In this document: positions 59,298-64,000 of the stretch, one piece after another
Position numbering within the stretch: position 1 is the first letter of the stretch
How the letters are laid out: every line of letters starts with the position of its first letter
Source: Oopsacas minuta
Lineage: Eukaryota > Animalia > Porifera
NCBI GenBank assembly: GCA_024704765.1
Contig: JAKMXF010000309.1
Location: 359,724-423,723 of the forward strand
Reading direction: 5' to 3'
DNA: 64,000 nucleotides
The notes under the pieces: generated by a model
Seen by the model: only the letters and a program-made list of their open reading frames with translations
Database searches by the model: none
What the model was told of the DNA's origin: nothing
Translations under genes and position numbers: made by a program

Positions 59298-61810
59298 ATG
59301 AAACCTAATAATATGGCAAAACGTTGTAGTCACAGTCCATTAGTAGATTGCTCGAAATGTCATCAGAGACCCTACCCAGAGATCCTCATGAGTGGGTATC
59401 TCACTAAGTCTCCCCCCCTCAACAAATCAAACATTCTCAGACGCTGGAAGACCCGGTACTTCGTCCTCCGTGTGGATGCTACCCTCGAGTACTTCCAGAA
59501 TAACAAATCTCCGTCTGCCCTGGGTGTCATAAACCTGGAGCATACCCAGAGGCTGGAGGCAGGGCTGGAGACTCGGAAATACGGAAACATTTTTGATCTG
59601 ATAATGCCTAATCGAACATATTTCTTCAGCGCTGGACATCTGGACATAATGTTTGAGTGGGTATCACAGATTAAACATATTCTCGGGATTGATGAGGATG
59701 TTGTTTATCCGCAGAAGAGCGTCCCTAAATCCAGGAACCCAGGAGATCCTCTATTGCAGTATTACGTCAGAAATATGAGTAGGGAAGGGGTAAGAACCCC
59801 AAGGACTGTACCCGCTCTCTTGACCCAGACAGAGATCGAGCGGAGGGACACGTCTGACTCTGAGGAAGATAGACCAGCGACCCCTCAGGAGATCAAAGTT
59901 CAGGAAATAGAGGAGGTCAAGTTTAGGTGAGTTCTTGTAGTTCTGCTTATGCAAATATTTAATTATTTCTTGCAGGGAATCTCTTGTCCGTTCTCATCAC
60001 TATACAATTATATCCAGGAATAAGACCGGGAATGATCTCATATTAAAAGATCCTTTGGAAACAGATGCCCTGGGGCCTCGGTGGGATGAGAGGAATACTA
60101 GCTTCAGTAAATTCAAGGAATTAATACTAACCACGAGCAAGGAGCTGATCCCTCCAGCACCACCTACTAAGTTTTACTCAAACTATGAGCTATCTAGCAG
60201 CAGTGCTAGTGTCCCTGAATATTCAGTTATGAATAAATCTAGCGACAGTAATGAAAGAATGGAATTTAAGGTTTTTATTTGAAATTATTTTGTATTTGTA
60301 ATAATAATTTAATTTATACTTTAGAGAGTTAGATCAGTGGAAGAATCTATCGAACCGAATCCCCCGCCAATCCCGCCTAAGATCGGATCAAAGAGTCCCC
60401 GTAACTCTGAGTCTCTCTCTAATCAGCCGACCCCTAAGGATCGACAGAGACTTCCCTCTATGGGAAAGATTTCTAAGATCAGAGTCAGTGGATCTATCAA
60501 AGAGGGTATGGGCAAGTTCTCCAGACCTCTACCGCTTGATTCAGACGAGCAGCCTTCCGTTACGGACGATAGCGAGGTTGTCTGCTTCGGTGCTATCGTC
60601 AAAAAGGTTTTTGGATTTAACGGCGGGCGAATAACATTCCGGGACAGTAACATAGAAGTTGAGGTTCCGAGAGGAGCAATTTCTGAGGAACCAATTCAAG
60701 GTTTTTATTTCAAAGTTTCGCCTGACTGCGGATTCGTGGAGGAGAGAGCTAGCGAAAGATGTGTTACTCACGTTTGTAGTCCTCTCCTACAGTTTGGACC
60801 TGAAGGCGCAAAGTTCGATCAACCAATTCGCATTAAGATGCCTCACTGTCTCAACTTACGTAAGTGTTACTATTCTCATATTGCATTCCTAATGTATTAC
60901 CACCTTGTCATGCACAGATGTAGAGGATTATCACGTGCAGCTGATCTTGGCATATGGAGACGTGTTTTCCCCTAAAGGCATGAATTACCTAAGAATAGAA
61001 GCTTGTAAAGAAGACTTTGAATTTGCTATGTTTTCATTTAACACAATTCTGGGGCCTGTGGTATTCAACCTACAGTCAGATTTTGTTATTTTAGAGATTT
61101 CTCACTTTGTATTCCAGTGGGTACAATTAGTTGGTGTTTCTAGATGTGCACAGTCTGGAAGGGAATTATGTGTAGTTTCTAAGCGCGCTAGACTAGCCTG
61201 CTTCCTTTCCGAACCTTCGGAGCTCATGTCCTCGCTATCTCTTTACATATACAATGACTATAATGATGTATTCAATAAGATCGTAGAGAGCGAGCAGAAG
61301 AACCATTCACAGTTCCTCTGTGAGACCGAGCCCTTCCTCTTGGCAGCGGAAGGGATAATAACCTATGTTCACATCGCAATCAGCGATTTGGAATTTGGTT
61401 ACAAAATAAACGGGAGACACAAACAGGCAATAGCTATTCCTGCTTGGGGTAACACTCACCATAAATGTGTGTTTAAACTGGAGAAACTGTTCGCTGATGC
61501 TACAAAGCCCTTCACTTGTTTGCTGAAATTATTCACAGACGAAGATCTAGTGACGTCACTGGATATAGAGGCCGTAAATACAGAGCCGAAACGTGTCACA
61601 CAAATTATAAGAGAAATTTCCACGCCAAATAGGTGTCAGGAATTAGCCGACACTCTTGGCCTTTCTGTATCCGTGTCTAACGTGTTCCCTATGTCTCTGT
61701 TGTCAGAGGCTCAAAGGAAATATGGCTGCGAGCTTGAAAAGGTGAGTGAGACTCTCAAACAACTTGACGTAGCAGAGCTACTGTTATCCCCCACCTCTTC
61801 TAAGCAGTAA
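59298..61810 (+). CDS. GAB-type PH + ZU5 + UPA-like + death-like domain protein, 4 exons
   Basis: SGYLTKSPP..WKTRYFVLR..LEYF..IFDL..EWVSQI (PH); FGFNGGRI..EVPRGAI..SPLLQFGPEGAKFDQPIRIKMPHC (ZU5); exons join in frame at ~59926/59976, ~60267/60325, ~60859/60920. Confidence 0.85.
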
Positions 61811-61961
61811 TTCTGTTGTTTTAATATTTCAGTAATATTATTCTAGTAATTATAATTTGCTATATTCAAGAGTTTAGTTAGATTAATTATTTACAGCAAT
61901 GAAGTATGTTAGTAGCAATGCTAATGAGTTACTAATAGCAATAGTCAGGTTATATGAATAT

Positions 61962-63513
61962 TCAAATAAAACTCAATGGGTTATCGTCCTCCAGAGTGGC
62001 AAGGCGTGGAAGTCTGGAATAACTTATATCCAATTTTGGACTCTGTCGATAGGAGGGAGAGTCTTTGTTGTCCTTTGAGCGACTCTGCTTCTTATCGCTA
62101 TTAGACATTGTTCTGGAAAGCGAGAGTTTTGATTTGATCGGAGAGTACTTATCGTCAATAGTTGGAGACTTTCTCATTGGAATTCTTGGATTTGCGGATG
62201 GTTTCCTGGGCAGAGTACTGCTCCTCTTAGCGAAGGACTGATATGACTTGGAAGTTTCCTCAGAGGATACAGGTCTCTTAGGGATATCTCCTGGAACCTC
62301 TAAGAAGGATTGGAAACTTTTGGTTGACCTAGATTTAATTATCAAATATGTTATATTACAAATTATTATATCAAATATCTGACTTAATTGTTGAAGATTG
62401 ATTCTCTTCTCTTAGTGTTTGAGGATCCTCAAAATTGTGTCCTATTCCATTGACCTGAGAGAAGAAAATGCATTCCTCCCCGTCACTTGGGGACATTCCA
62501 TCTGAGTGTAAGATATGGTCGTTAATCAGCTGACGGACGAATGGCTCCTTAGTGATTGGAAGCTCTGTTTGTAATTGCAAGAATGTGCTAGAGTTTAGAC
62601 AGAACAAACTCAGGAGTACCTACATTAACAGATTACAGAGAATATATCGAATTAGCTGTGAATCTATTTCATTCACTCACTTTCCTTGAAGTTCTCTGAA
62701 TATCTTTGAAAGCGTTTTTGTTTGCATACCATCCAGCTATAACAGTGAAACCGCTAGAAGACTCATCACATCTGTTGAAGTTCCCCTGCTCCAGCTTCCG
62801 ACACATCTGTCCAAGGTACAGGAGAGATACAGTAATAGTTTTGCGGTTCATTGGTTGTGACGGATCCGCGAATGCTCTGAATATGCAGCTCAGCACCAGA
62901 CTTCCGGTACTGTAATTCCTGAAACAAATTTATTTGTTTGTTTTATTGCCTAATTTGAAGTATACAAGTATTCTTACGTCATAGTTATCAAAAGCTTTCT
63001 GATTTTCTGATCTAAGCTGTCCTTTATTATGTCTGCGCCTAATTTATGTAGGAACTTCGAAATAATCATATAGATCCATCCTTGCACCTGACTAGACCAA
63101 TGCTGGAGTATTGCTTCTACTGTATCCACGAATTGCGAGTACACCTATAGGATTATTATTATTGACATAACATTTGCTAATTGTTGTTGTCATAATCTAT
63201 ACTTACATGAGGTTGCTTTTCTACAAACATTTTTAAGATTCCACTTTTCAGTATATCTCCATCTTCCAACCTAAAGCAATGAATATTATATATTTGAATA
63301 TATTTCTATGAAATAGCACTTACGGTAGCGGATATTTCTGTGCGTATAGCAGTATGTTAAGGAGAGCTTCCTTCCTGACTCCAGTTAGATGCTCACTCAG
63401 CCTCATAATGCTGTCATGAATCTAAAATATATATTTATATGTGAGTTCATTTTCATACTAAATTTGTATTAAGTCCAACTTACTGATGGAATATCATATA
63501 TTTCTGTAGCCAT
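61962..63513 (-). CDS. CLASP-like single TOG domain protein with basic disordered tail, ~7 exons
   Basis: RKEALLNI, KMFVEKQPH|VYSQFVDTV, GWIYMIISKFLHKLGADI, FCLNSSTF align with CLASP TOG3 (RKEGLLGL, VFSMFLETL, DWLFVLLTQLLKKMGADL, FELNTPEF); ATG 63513 is preceded by an in-frame TAA. Confidence 0.75.
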
Positions 63514-63901
63514 TTATTCACAGTATCAATCTTAACATATATTAACAGTAAGAGCTTTATATGTTGTGAATTGATATATGCATAGGCAAAGGAATGCAAG
63601 TTTCTGGTTACAAAAGGAGCCTACGCATACGCAATCTGATTGTCTATATAGTGTAATTGCATTATGAATAGATAAAACTCTGTAATTTGCCTGCATACGC
63701 ATTGCATCAGAAAACAAGTAATTACAGATAATTGAAATATTATGTAAACATCTGTAAGATCTATAAAGAGATATAGTAAGACGATTAAGCACCTGAGTAT
63801 TATCATAACCTATTAAAAACTACAATGTCTGTTTACTAATTAGAAAATTAGTTTGTCTCCATTTACCACATTTATGATAACCGGGCGGAAGGACAAGGCG
63901 G

Positions 63902-64000
63902 TAAAGGTTATTTCAAGTAGATGAATGTAGGCGGATGGCGTTTGATTGGATTCTAGCTGAAAAGGGTGAACCGGGGGGCCGTGAGAATTTTTTGGAAAAC
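63902..64000 (+). repeat. Dispersed copy of the 339-bp unit, cut by the window edge
   Basis: TAAAGGTTATTTCAAGTAGATG..GAGAATTTTTTGGAAAAC identical to the array unit. Confidence 0.95.

Overview
AT-rich, very gene-dense eukaryotic window from a metazoan. It is most consistent with a compact-genome sponge such as a glass sponge, but that is inferred from gene content and cannot be proven here. About 26 protein-coding genes are supported: SART3, an ASB-like ankyrin/SOCS-box gene, SDHB, a lipid-anchored acidic protein, ATP6V1H, RNF41, MED13, a Sema-PSI-FN3 semaphorin, a TMC channel, synaptogyrin, MPI, two aquaglyceroporins, WRAP73, a FEM1-like gene, three divergent Maf-like bZIPs, YEATS4, NUBP2, a novel type-I membrane protein, an NHL propeller, NRBF2, a stem-loop histone H1, a Tyr-motif-rich disordered protein, a PH-ZU5-death-like fusion and a one-TOG CLASP derivative. 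Introns and short spacers in the left half are filled with at least six small dispersed repeat (MITE-like) families. 56.9-58.8 kb holds tandem arrays and an assembly gap. The strongest unexplained signals are: (1) long same-strand gene runs with spacers as short as 35 nt and a 3' splice-acceptor-like AG just before most start codons, suggesting operon-like transcription resolved by spliced-leader trans-splicing; (2) at least 21 perfect TGACGTCA palindromes, many inside exons; (3) bZIPs lacking the invariant basic-region Asn; (4) aquaglyceroporins with NPI/NPV second motifs. Exon boundaries and counts were read by eye and are approximate. No tRNA, rRNA or CRISPR array was found.
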